Of a DNA stretch of 64,000 nucleotides, positions 37,605 to 47,105 are shown piece after piece. Position 1 is the stretch's first letter; every line of letters starts with the position of its first letter. The translations under genes were made by a program, and so were the position numbers. Source of the DNA: Candidatus Actinomarina sp. (GTDB taxonomy: Bacteria; Actinomycetota; Acidimicrobiia; Actinomarinales; Actinomarinaceae); the NCBI GenBank assembly GCA_045563135.1, contig JBJKUL010000001.1:100731-164730 (forward strand). Direction: 5' to 3'. Below the pieces are notes generated by a model. That model was not told the DNA's origin and made no database searches. It saw only the letters and a list, made by a program, of their open reading frames with translations.

Positions 37605-38498
37605 GTGTTAATGTTATCAAAAAAAATTTCTTTGGTAAAAAAATTTGTAAAACTCTCAAAACTGCGGGTTGTGGAACTCTTGTTAGTCACAACAATACCA
37701 AGCATGATAGTCTCTCTTTACTCAATGCCCCCACTGACGCTTGTATTATCTACGCTAGTTGGTGGAACGTTGTTAGCTGTTAGTGCAAATGTCATGAACC
37801 AGGTTTTTGAAATTGAAAGAGACAAGTTAATGCAGAGAACTGCAGATAGACCACTCGTGACAGGAGAGCTCACTAAATCTACTGGTATAGGATTTTCAAT
37901 AATTACCGGGATTATTGGTTTTGCAACTTTATATTTACTAACAACTCCAACAGCAGCATATATAGGGCTTATAGCAAATCAATTCTACATTTTCATCTAT
38001 ACATTAATTCTTAAGCCAAGAACAAATCAAAACATTGTAATTGGTGGAGCTGCAGGAGCAGCTCCGGTATTAATTGGTTGGACTGCGACAGGTAGCACTC
38101 TTGATATCGGGGCCTGGCTATTGTTTTTATTAGTATTTATGTGGACTCCGGCACATTTTTGGGCTCTCTCAATTGAAAACAAGGAAGATTATAAACATGC
38201 AGATTTTCCAATGCTACCAACTCAGGAATCATACGAAAGATCTACAATATATATAGCAATTTATTCTTGTGCAACGGTGTTGATTTCATTAGCTGTTGCT
38301 CCAGTGCTTCAATTAGGTATTGTTTATTTACTAATTTCCATTTTTTTAGGATCAAATCTAATGCTTAAATCTTTTAACCTGTATAAAAAAAATATAAAGC
38401 CGATCAAATACTTTGTCTTTTCAAACACTTATTTAGCTGTTATATTTTTAGGAATAGTTGCAGACATAATGTGGACATTGAGGGGAATAGCTGTATGA
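37605..38498 (+). CDS. ctaB: Protoheme IX farnesyltransferase (heme O synthase)
   Basis: UbiA-family, 8-9 TM. It is adjacent to and divergent from ctaC. Confidence 0.8.
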   Translation: MLMLSKKISLVKKFVKLSKLRVVELLLVTTIPSMIVSLYSMPPLTLVLSTLVGGTLLAVSANVMNQVFEIERDKLMQRTADRPLVTGELTKSTGIGFSIITGIIGFATLYLLTTPTAAYIGLIANQFYIFIYTLILKPRTNQNIVIGGAAGAAPVLIGWTATGSTLDIGAWLLFLLVFMWTPAHFWALSIENKEDYKHADFPMLPTQESYERSTIYIAIYSCATVLISLAVAPVLQLGIVYLLISIFLGSNLMLKSFNLYKKNIKPIKYFVFSNTYLAVIFLGIVADIMWTLRGIAV

Positions 38499-39325
38499 AT
38501 GAATTTCTTTTTTCGATAACCTATCCGCCTATACCAATTACACAAATTGGACCTGTTGCCTTTTCTTTACATGGAGTATTTGCTGCAGTCGGTTTTTATT
38601 TTGGATCAACTTACGCGATTAAGTTATGTGTGAAAGATGGAAATGATGACCAGCTATTTTCAGATGCTTTTACCTGGGCAATTTTTGGTGCAATAATTGG
38701 TGCGAGATTTTTTACAATACCTGCTCACATAGGAGATCCAGGCTATGGATTAGATGATGTATTTTCAGTAGCAGGTAGTTATTCAATTATGGGTGGTATG
38801 TCAGGAGGTATTATCGCAGCATATTTGAGGATTGTAACAGTAGGTAAAGCAAACTTTCAAACTTATAGTGATTATGCTGCCCCAGGATTAATTATGGGTA
38901 TTGCTATTGGAAGAATAGGGGACCTAGCAATTGTTGAACATTTAGGAAGAGCAACTGATTTTATGTTTGGTTACGAAATCAAGCCTGGGTATGATGTAGC
39001 TCCGCAACACAATGCACTTGAATGCTTTGCTCCCGAGATTACTTGCGGAACCTATCACCATGTTGCAATGTACGACCTTATTCTTGCAACTCTTTTCTTT
39101 TTTGTATTTAGATACTTACAAAAGAATCTAAATTTTGGGAGTGGTTCTTGGATTGGTCTATGGGCAATCTGGTATGGTGTTCAAAGAATGATACTAGACA
39201 CACTCAGGTTTGGCATGGGTGATGCAACTATCGGCATATTTACTTGGAATCAGATTGGTGGTGCAACCCTTGCAAGCATTGGACTGCTGGTCTTTTTACG
39301 ATTTAAGAATATTAAAACAAGCTAA
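38471..39325 (+). CDS. lgt: Prolipoprotein diacylglyceryl transferase-like
   Basis: Polytopic with a GIAIGRIGDLAIVEHLGR motif resembling the Lgt GRxGNFxNxE signature. The exact start is uncertain because it overlaps the ctaB 3' end. Confidence 0.55.
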   Translation: MDIEGNSCMNEFLFSITYPPIPITQIGPVAFSLHGVFAAVGFYFGSTYAIKLCVKDGNDDQLFSDAFTWAIFGAIIGARFFTIPAHIGDPGYGLDDVFSVAGSYSIMGGMSGGIIAAYLRIVTVGKANFQTYSDYAAPGLIMGIAIGRIGDLAIVEHLGRATDFMFGYEIKPGYDVAPQHNALECFAPEITCGTYHHVAMYDLILATLFFFVFRYLQKNLNFGSGSWIGLWAIWYGVQRMILDTLRFGMGDATIGIFTWNQIGGATLASIGLLVFLRFKNIKTS

Positions 39326-40235
39326 ATATAAATAACGAATACGCACCCAGCATTGAGAAACCTACAAGGGAACTTCTTTTTACTGTGCTCCTTGAAAAGA
39401 TTATCACCATTAAAGAGACAAAGTACATCATAAACATCTGAATTAAAACATCTGATTCAATATTTCCTGGTTGGATAACAATAGAAGCACCACCTACAAG
39501 ACCAATATTAAAAAGATTTGAACCAAAAATATTTCCAAAAACTATATCTGGTTTTTTCAATCTAGCGGCAGCAATAGTTCCAGCTACTTCTGGAAGACTT
39601 GTTCCAAGCGCAACCACTGTAACTCCAATTATTAAAGATGATATTCCAAATAATTCAGCTAAATCTATTGCATTATTTACTACTAGTGAGCTCCCAAAGA
39701 TTGTTGCACCTAAAGATAATGCAGCTTTTGGCCATACATTTGTTATTGTTTCTTCCATAAACTCTTCATCCTCAATAGCTTCTTCATTTACTAATTTATA
39801 TGTGATTGCTACAACAAGTATTAATAGAGTGATGCCTAATATAAAAGGAAATTCATTAATCAAAATATAGCTGGATACAAAAACTGTTGTCACAACCATC
39901 ATCCACAAGGCAGATGTTGGGTTAAGATCTATTTTTTTATTGTATGAAGTATCAATAAACAAATACAACACAGCAACCACAAGTAATGAGTTTGCAATAT
40001 TTGAACCAATTATGTTGCCTATTCCTAAAGATAAATTTCCATTTAATGCAGCACCTGTGCTCGCAAATAATTCTGGAGCTGAGGTTCCAAAACCAATAAA
40101 CGTAGCTCCAATAATTGATGGAGGTATTTTTAACTTTAGTGCAATTTGAACAGCAGATTTGACCATAACATCAGCACCCTTAACCAAAAGAATGAACCCA
40201 GCCGCGAGGCCCAAAAGAATAACTAAAATATCCAT
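39312..40235 (-). CDS. Ca2+/Na+ (CaCA family, YrbG-like) antiporter
   Basis: Two alpha-repeats: GFGTSAPELFAS and LGTSLPEVAGT. Confidence 0.8.
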   Translation of the reverse strand: MDILVILLGLAAGFILLVKGADVMVKSAVQIALKLKIPPSIIGATFIGFGTSAPELFASTGAALNGNLSLGIGNIIGSNIANSLLVVAVLYLFIDTSYNKKIDLNPTSALWMMVVTTVFVSSYILINEFPFILGITLLILVVAITYKLVNEEAIEDEEFMEETITNVWPKAALSLGATIFGSSLVVNNAIDLAELFGISSLIIGVTVVALGTSLPEVAGTIAAARLKKPDIVFGNIFGSNLFNIGLVGGASIVIQPGNIESDVLIQMFMMYFVSLMVIIFSRSTVKRSSLVGFSMLGAYSLFIFSLF

Positions 40236-40241
40236 CAGATC

Positions 40242-41060
40242 TTAATTTTTTGAATCTCTCCAAGCTATCCACTCTTTAACATCTGTAAGGTCATAGCCTG
40301 GACCATTTACTGCCAGAGTAACTTCTGTTGCGCCTGCTTCTATAAGTTCGTCAGCTAGGTCGATTCTTTTAATATCAATCCCAATGGATCTTTTAATTTC
40401 ACTTGGATCCCTTCCTATTTCTTTACACCAATTATTTAAAACATTATTTTTATGAGCGACAGTTTCTATACCAGACCTTTCTTCAGTTTTTGTTGCAAAG
40501 CCATGCCATATATCTGCATATTGCGCTGTAATTCTTAGAGTAACTTTCTCTCCACCGCCACCAATTAAAATTGGAATCTTTCTTATTGGTTGTGGATTAA
40601 GTTCTTTCATTCTTTTTACAATTCTTTCCAAAGACTTTTCTAACGCATGAAGTCTTGAAATAGCCGTACCAAACTCATAACCATATTCGTCATAATCTTG
40701 CTCAAACCAACCAGAACCAATTCCTAAAATTGCTCTCCCGTTTGATATATGATCAACAGTTCTAGCCATATCTGCTAATAGTTCAGGATTTCTATAAGAG
40801 TTACAGGTAACCAGGGGACCAATATCTACCTTGCTAGTTACTTCTCCCCAGCTTGAAAGCATTGTCCAGCACTCGAAATGCTTACCTTCTCTTCTTTCAC
40901 CTTCATTCCACTGAGTACCATCTTCTTTATACAGTGGATAAAAATGATCCCAGTTATAAATCGCGTCTGCTCCAATTTCCTCAGCCTCAATTGCTGCTTG
41001 TCTAATTTGATCATACTCAGCATGTTGGGGTTGTAAAAAAACGGCTATTCTAGGTTTCAT
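40242..41060 (-). CDS. LLM-class (luciferase-like) flavin/F420-dependent oxidoreductase
   Basis: 272-aa TIM-barrel LLM family. The N-terminal pattern resembles F420-dependent LLM subfamilies, but cofactor assignment is inference. Confidence 0.65.
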   Translation of the reverse strand: MKPRIAVFLQPQHAEYDQIRQAAIEAEEIGADAIYNWDHFYPLYKEDGTQWNEGERREGKHFECWTMLSSWGEVTSKVDIGPLVTCNSYRNPELLADMARTVDHISNGRAILGIGSGWFEQDYDEYGYEFGTAISRLHALEKSLERIVKRMKELNPQPIRKIPILIGGGGEKVTLRITAQYADIWHGFATKTEERSGIETVAHKNNVLNNWCKEIGRDPSEIKRSIGIDIKRIDLADELIEAGATEVTLAVNGPGYDLTDVKEWIAWRDSKN

Positions 41061-41080
41061 TTTTAACTCCTGTTCCTGTA

Positions 41081-43618
41081 TTAATTGTCTAAGATTTTAT
41101 CATCCAAAGAATTATTGATACGTTTTACTAATTCCATATTAGCTTCAAGCTTCTCTAATTTTTGCGCCATCATTTTTTCTGCAGAAGGCAGGGGATTCTC
41201 TAGGATAAATGTTCTTATATCCTCTCCTAAATCTTTATCATATATTGAGTCAAGACCTGAAAGAATTCTTGATGCAGTCCATTCAGGCATAACTGATAGC
41301 AAACCTTTATAGTTATTTTTGATTTCCTTCCATGATTTTTTACCATTCACCTTGTTAGTAATCATCGATGCCAGAATATATGGACAATCAGCACCTCTGA
41401 TTGTTCCATCCAGCATTGACTTAATTATCTTTTCACCAGCATTAGGGTCTCGTACGGCACCGAGTATTGCTCTGTATCTGCCTTCGATCTGAGGTGAACC
41501 AGCATTTAAGAATTTTTCAAGAAAATGTTCGATTTTGATTTCTTCATCTAGAGCTGAAAGATAAAGGGTTGTATTGTAAAAGCTTCCATCTTGAATGGTT
41601 TCAATTGATCCATCCTTAAACTTACTACTGTAGAAATTAATAAAATCAGCATCATTTTCTATTGATCCAATTAATTTATTTACTATTGCTCTAAGCTCTT
41701 TAACTTCCATTGAATCAGATTCTCTTACTTCACGACCCAGGTTTTCTTTTATAGGACCAATTAGCTTATTAAAATAATTTAAAAAAGAATCACTTTTTTC
41801 TACTGGTAAAATTTTTGAAAGTGAAGAAATTATTCCGGCAATATATGACCAAATATTTGGATCTGTCTCTGATTTATAAAGAGGCAAAAATTCTAAAAAA
41901 TCGTTTATTGAAAATTTATCAACAGTTACTGATTTCCATGTGTCCTCCAGCAATCTATACTTTTCAAGAGAGTTTAATTCCTTAAAGTTGTCTTTAATTT
42001 TTGAAAAAATTTCTTGACTATAAACTACGTGGTAGAAAGCCCAGCCGCCATTGTTTATAAAAGGTACTTCACCAAGTGCTTCTAATTCTAAATTCTTTGA
42101 ATTTTGTACGACAGTATTTATCTTGCCATTATCTAGAAAGCGAACATTTACTGGTATTTCCCATAATGAATTATCAGTACTTCCATCAATCAGAAATTTA
42201 GATTGGGTGAGTTCAAACTTTTCACCAACCTTTTGTACTTCAATAATTGGAAAACCAGGTTGTTTAATCCAGGTAGGCAACATCTTGTTTAGAGGTATAT
42301 TGCTTTCTTCAGTAAGGCAATCCCACAAGTCCGATGAATGCGTGTTCTGAAATTTGTATTTATTTAAGTATTTCTGTACACCCGCTTGAAATACTTCTTC
42401 TCCAACAAACATCTCAAACATTTTTAAAACTGTTGACCCTTTTTCGTATGTAAGAACATCAAACATTTCTTCAGCTTGTTCAGGGGTTTCAACCTCAAAC
42501 TCAACCGGTCTGGAGTTTTTAAGCGAATCGACACCAAAGCCTGCACTTCTAGATAAATTCATTTCACTCCATTGTTCGAATTCAGGGTAAGTCCCATTTG
42601 CGGCAATAGCCTCCATCAGACTGGCAAAAGCTTCGTTTAACCAGATACCATCCCACCACTTCATAGTTACTAAATCCCCAAACCACATATGTGCAAGTTC
42701 GTGTGCAATTACACTTACAGATCTTGATAGCTCTTGTCTAGTTGCTTTAGATTCGTCGATGAGAAGCAAGCTTTCTCTGAAAGTAACTGCACCTACATTT
42801 TCCATTGCACCCATTGCAAAATCAGGTATAGCTATGAGGTCAAGTTTCGAACCTGGATAAGGAATTTTATAATAGTTTTCAAAAAACTCTAATATTTTCA
42901 ACCCAGCTTTTCCGGCAAAACCTGTTTGATGTGAAAAACCAGGCCTATGAATAATTCTTATTTGTGTGTTACCTACATTTCCAATTTCTGTAATCTCAAG
43001 TTCTCCAATTACAAAAGCTACTAAGTATGTAGACATTATCATTGAATCCACATAAGTAGTTTGGACTTTCCCATCTTCGAGTTCTTTTTCTTCAAGAACT
43101 TTTTCATTTGATATTCGTAGATATTTTTTATCAGAAATTAATGTCATTGAAAATACTGCTTTATATTCTGGTTCATCCCAGCATGGAAAAGCATTTCTTG
43201 CTGATGTTGGTTCAAATTGAGTTGTTGCGAGCCATTTTTCATTATTATTTAAATCTAAAAACTGACTTTTATAAAATCCTTTTAAATCATTTGTGATATT
43301 TGAGGTAAATTCAAGTTTTAGAGAGTATGAGCCAATTGAAAGAGTGTTTTTAGAAATGAAAGAAATTCTTTCTAAATCTCTTAAATATTCACAATCTAAA
43401 CTAATTTGAGATTCGTTTGAATCAACTAAGTAAGCATTTGTTATCTCTATATCAATTGCATTTACTTCAAAAGAAGAAGTTTCTTCAACTATCTCTAAAT
43501 CAACAGTTTGAGAACCCTTGTAATTAAAGCTATCCAAGTCAACATCTAGCTTGACTTGATATCTTACGGGTTTAGCGACCTTTGGTAGCAGTGCTTTATT
43601 CATCTTTTCTCCAATCAA
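41081..43618 (-). CDS. pepN: Aminopeptidase N (M1 family)
   Basis: GAMEN (FAMGAMENVG), HELAHMWFGDLVT (HExxH) and a downstream WLNEAFA Glu. Confidence 0.92.
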   Translation of the reverse strand: MIGEKMNKALLPKVAKPVRYQVKLDVDLDSFNYKGSQTVDLEIVEETSSFEVNAIDIEITNAYLVDSNESQISLDCEYLRDLERISFISKNTLSIGSYSLKLEFTSNITNDLKGFYKSQFLDLNNNEKWLATTQFEPTSARNAFPCWDEPEYKAVFSMTLISDKKYLRISNEKVLEEKELEDGKVQTTYVDSMIMSTYLVAFVIGELEITEIGNVGNTQIRIIHRPGFSHQTGFAGKAGLKILEFFENYYKIPYPGSKLDLIAIPDFAMGAMENVGAVTFRESLLLIDESKATRQELSRSVSVIAHELAHMWFGDLVTMKWWDGIWLNEAFASLMEAIAANGTYPEFEQWSEMNLSRSAGFGVDSLKNSRPVEFEVETPEQAEEMFDVLTYEKGSTVLKMFEMFVGEEVFQAGVQKYLNKYKFQNTHSSDLWDCLTEESNIPLNKMLPTWIKQPGFPIIEVQKVGEKFELTQSKFLIDGSTDNSLWEIPVNVRFLDNGKINTVVQNSKNLELEALGEVPFINNGGWAFYHVVYSQEIFSKIKDNFKELNSLEKYRLLEDTWKSVTVDKFSINDFLEFLPLYKSETDPNIWSYIAGIISSLSKILPVEKSDSFLNYFNKLIGPIKENLGREVRESDSMEVKELRAIVNKLIGSIENDADFINFYSSKFKDGSIETIQDGSFYNTTLYLSALDEEIKIEHFLEKFLNAGSPQIEGRYRAILGAVRDPNAGEKIIKSMLDGTIRGADCPYILASMITNKVNGKKSWKEIKNNYKGLLSVMPEWTASRILSGLDSIYDKDLGEDIRTFILENPLPSAEKMMAQKLEKLEANMELVKRINNSLDDKILDN

Positions 43619-44987
43619 TGTGTATGTATTCGTCTGAACTTAAAAGCTGTACAGTATGACTCCCAAAAAAATCTCTCTGAGCTTGAATTAGATTTGATGG
43701 GTTGTCACTAGAACTCAAGTTAAGGTACCAATTCAAGCTTGAAGAAAAAACTGGTAGCGCAATATCTTTTGACAACGCATCTCTAACCAAGTTTTTGACA
43801 GCATCCAGATTTACTTTAAGTAAACTATGCAATTCCTCTGATCGTAAAAAGTCTTCTGAGGTGTCGTCAATTTTAATTAATTCATCGAGCATCTCAGACC
43901 TGATAATACACCCACCACTCCAGTTCTTAAAAATATCTACAAAATTAAATGAAAATTTATTAACTTCGTTGTAACTCCAAATTATTGTGAGACCTTGAAT
44001 CATTGAAGATATTCTTCCAAAGTATAAAGACCTTGCCACTAAGTTAAATATCTCTGTTTTTTCACTACCTTGAGGACCTACTGTATTGTCTTGTTTAAAT
44101 AATTTTTCGTCAAGTTTCCAATAATCACCGGCATTACTTTGAACTCTTGCATCATAAGCTGCAAATATTGAGGGGGCAGTTATACCTAAATCAAGAGCTG
44201 TTTCCACTGTCAATCTTCCAGTTCCTTTGTTGTTTGCAGAAGGTTTTATTAAATCAATGATAAATTTCTCTCCCTCTTTTTTCCTAAGTATTTCGGATGT
44301 AATTTCAATCAGATAAGAAGATTGATTCAAGATTTTAAGGGAGTCAAAAAAATCTGCTATCTCTAGATTTGTATATCCTGATTTTTTTAATAGAAAGTAG
44401 CTTTCAGCAATTAGTTGCATTTCTGCATACTCGATCCCATTGTGGACCATTTTTACGAAATGACCTGAACCAAATCCCTCGTAGAAACCTATACAGGCAT
44501 CTGCAGCTTTTGCTGAGATTGATGACAATAAATCAATCAGATTCTCATCAAGATTTTTATTTGAACCGACCATTATGGCAGGACCATTTCTTGCACCCTC
44601 TTCTCCACCCGAGACACCCATGCCAACAAAGTTTATTTTTTTCTCGGCTAGTGAATTTCCATGATTAATACTTTCTTGATAAAAAGAGTTACCACCATCG
44701 ATAATGACGTCACCTTCATCTAATAAATCAGAAAGTTGATTAATGATGTTGTGAGTAGGTTCCCCAGATGGAATCATTAATAAGATATTTCTTGGACGAG
44801 CAATATTTTCAACTAACTCCTTGAGGGTTGTGTACCCTGAAAAATTGGTACCAAACTCTTTTTTTATAGAGTCTAATTTTTCAGTTGAAGCATTATAAGC
44901 CTTAATATTTGTACCTTTTTCGGAGATATTAAGACCAATATTTTTACCCATTACACCGAGTCCGATTAATCCAATTTCACTCAGCAT
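43596..44987 (-). CDS. gnd: 6-phosphogluconate dehydrogenase (decarboxylating)
   Basis: IGLIGLGVMGKNIGLNI NADP-binding motif. 463 aa with the 6PGD C-terminal domain. Confidence 0.85.
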   Translation of the reverse strand: MLSEIGLIGLGVMGKNIGLNISEKGTNIKAYNASTEKLDSIKKEFGTNFSGYTTLKELVENIARPRNILLMIPSGEPTHNIINQLSDLLDEGDVIIDGGNSFYQESINHGNSLAEKKINFVGMGVSGGEEGARNGPAIMVGSNKNLDENLIDLLSSISAKAADACIGFYEGFGSGHFVKMVHNGIEYAEMQLIAESYFLLKKSGYTNLEIADFFDSLKILNQSSYLIEITSEILRKKEGEKFIIDLIKPSANNKGTGRLTVETALDLGITAPSIFAAYDARVQSNAGDYWKLDEKLFKQDNTVGPQGSEKTEIFNLVARSLYFGRISSMIQGLTIIWSYNEVNKFSFNFVDIFKNWSGGCIIRSEMLDELIKIDDTSEDFLRSEELHSLLKVNLDAVKNLVRDALSKDIALPVFSSSLNWYLNLSSSDNPSNLIQAQRDFFGSHTVQLLSSDEYIHIDWRKDE

Positions 44988-46308
44988 TTTGTGGATCCCT
45001 TATTAAATTTAAATCTTTCAATTTTGTGATCAATTTACTTCTTATTTTTATATCAATTAATAATAATTCAGAACTATTTTTTACTTCCAGAATTTCACCG
45101 AATCTATTTACTTTGTCTAAGTTTTTTGGTTCAACTAAAAAAGAGCTCATTTGGGTGTCCCCATAGATTTCTGTTGAAATCTTCTCAATAAGTTCTTCTA
45201 TACCAATGTTTTTTAATGATGAAATAAATAAAGCTTGAGGGTATCTTTCTGATAGGTCATTTAATGAAGCTTGGTCAATTCTATCAACTTTATTAAATAC
45301 CATCACTTCATTGGCTGTTACTTCAATTTGTTCAAGAATTTCTCGAACAGTGCCAATATGCATTTCAGGAATTGCTGTTGCAGCATCAACTACATGAATT
45401 AATAAATCTGCGCTCGTAGCAACTAGTAGCGTAGATTTGAAAGACTCAATTAATGTAGTTGGCAGGTTTTGAATAAACCCAACAGTGTCTGATAATATCA
45501 ACGGCTCTTGTATATCTTTAATAGGAAGCTCTCTTTGCAGTGAGTCCACAGTAGCAAATAGTTCATCAGCAGCATATGCATCAGAATTAGTCAATGATTT
45601 TAATAGAGTTGATTTCCCAGCATTTGTATAACCAACTATAGAAACCAGTGGAGTATTTTTTTTCTCTCTTGAGCTTGCTTGTAGAAGCCTTTGTCTTTCT
45701 ATTTTTTTAAGCTCTTTCCTCAGTTTGTTAATCCGATTATCTATCAACCTACTATCAGTTTCTAGTTTTGCTTCTCCAGGTCCTCGTGTCCCGATTCCTC
45801 CACCTTGTTGATTCAAGGTTTTGCCTAAACCTGCAAGTCTGGGTTTTAAATAGACGGACATTGCAAGTTCAACCTGTAAATTTGCCTCTTTAGATTGGGC
45901 GTGTAAAGCAAATATATCAAGAATTAGACCAGTTCTGTCAACCACGTCACACTGAAAAATAGCCCGAAGCTCCTTTTGTTGATTGGGGCTAAGTTCACAA
46001 TCAAAAACAACAACATCAATATCATTTGCCTTTGACAGGTCTTCAAGTTCAATAATCGAGCCTTTGCCAATAAAAGTTTTTGGATCAATTCGATCAATTC
46101 TTTTGGTCTGGATAATAGTTGGATTTGATCCAGCTGTTTTTACCAGACTTGTGAGTTCTTTTAATGATTCTTCACGATCTGCCCTTGTTTGATTTTTTAA
46201 AATAATTCCAACAAGCAAGGCTTTTTGCACTGTTACAAAAATATCTTTGTCAGATACCGTTAGTAACCGTCTGTCAGTTTGATTAGGATTATTATTTCTT
46301 TGATTCAA
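44977..46308 (-). CDS. hflX: GTPase HflX
   Basis: HflX N-domain plus G-domain (VGYTNAGKSTLL, DTVGFI). Confidence 0.85.
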   Translation of the reverse strand: MNQRNNNPNQTDRRLLTVSDKDIFVTVQKALLVGIILKNQTRADREESLKELTSLVKTAGSNPTIIQTKRIDRIDPKTFIGKGSIIELEDLSKANDIDVVVFDCELSPNQQKELRAIFQCDVVDRTGLILDIFALHAQSKEANLQVELAMSVYLKPRLAGLGKTLNQQGGGIGTRGPGEAKLETDSRLIDNRINKLRKELKKIERQRLLQASSREKKNTPLVSIVGYTNAGKSTLLKSLTNSDAYAADELFATVDSLQRELPIKDIQEPLILSDTVGFIQNLPTTLIESFKSTLLVATSADLLIHVVDAATAIPEMHIGTVREILEQIEVTANEVMVFNKVDRIDQASLNDLSERYPQALFISSLKNIGIEELIEKISTEIYGDTQMSSFLVEPKNLDKVNRFGEILEVKNSSELLLIDIKIRSKLITKLKDLNLIRDPQNAE

Positions 46309-46361
46309 CTATTTAAGAGTATCCAAAATTTTTTTATATGAAAGATATATTTTTTGAATGT

Positions 46362-46456
46362 TGGCGGAGGTGGACGGGAATCGAACCCGCCAAAGACTTT
46401 TACACCTTTCACCAGTTTTGAAGACCGGGGAGCCCACCAGGCGCTCATTCACCTCC
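46362..46456 (-). tRNA. selC: tRNA-Sec (selenocysteine tRNA, anticodon UCA), 95 nt including encoded CCA
   Basis: The reverse complement reads GGAGGTGAATGAGCGCCTGGTGGGCTCCCCGGTCTTCAAAACTGGTGAAAGGTGTAAAAGTCTTTGGCGGGTTCGATTCCCGTCCACCTCCGCCA. The anticodon arm CCGGT/CTTCAAA/ACTGG gives U33-UCA-A37. Acceptor plus T helix total 13 bp (7+6 or 8+5), the discriminator is G, the variable arm is about 20 nt and the T-loop is TTCGATT. Confidence 0.8.
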
Positions 46457-46508
46457 ATTATTAAGACTAATTGTATAAAAAATTTTATATTGAATACAAT
46501 TATGTATT

Positions 46509-47105
46509 ATGGAAAACTTTTCGTCATTGTTTATGAGGCTTAAAAAAGAAAGAGGCTTATCTAACAAGCAAATAGCATCATTTACTGGTGCAAAACTTAA
46601 AGAAGTAAAAAAGTGGGATGCTGGTACAAGTTTTCCTACAGACAAAAAAGTTATCGTTGCACTTGAAGGTTTGCTGGGTAAAGAAGTCATGGATACACTT
46701 GAAGATCTATCAAGTTATGATCAAGTCACAACAAACTCTACTAATGTTGAAGATTCATTATTTAATATTGATAGAGATAAAAAGGTTGAATTAAAATCAG
46801 GCATCTTTAATAGGTTTAAATCTGAAAAACAGGAAACAAAAGATATCCCTCAACCTGAACTATTTACTTATGAGAATATCCAAGACACGGAAGATATTTC
46901 TGACTTTGAAGCAGATGCACAAAAAGAAACTTTTGAGACAGCCCTTGACGAAAAACCATATATAGAGGATTCAAAACAATTCAGTTTTTACCTAACAAGG
47001 AATATGAAAACATTTTTTACTCTTCTTGCTATAAGCGTACTAATAGTTCGTGGATTTAGATTATTTTTAGATTCTATGAAAATTATTATCGATAACTTAT
47101 TATGA
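46509..47105 (+). CDS. XRE-family HTH protein with a C-terminal membrane anchor (RodZ-like topology)
   Basis: N-terminal Cro/C1-type HTH (LKKERGLSNKQIASFTGAKLKEVKKWDAG), an acidic linker and a single TM near the C-terminus. It overlaps ctaA by 4 nt. Confidence 0.55.
   Translation: MENFSSLFMRLKKERGLSNKQIASFTGAKLKEVKKWDAGTSFPTDKKVIVALEGLLGKEVMDTLEDLSSYDQVTTNSTNVEDSLFNIDRDKKVELKSGIFNRFKSEKQETKDIPQPELFTYENIQDTEDISDFEADAQKETFETALDEKPYIEDSKQFSFYLTRNMKTFFTLLAISVLIVRGFRLFLDSMKIIIDNLL

Noticed and set aside
46358-46543. Track ORF (+, 61 aa, MLAEVDGNRTRQRL...) overlapping the tRNA-Sec locus
   Set aside because: It is the antisense and overlap of a structurally convincing tRNA gene. It has no RBS, and the genuine downstream gene starts at 46509 in another frame. 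Spurious.
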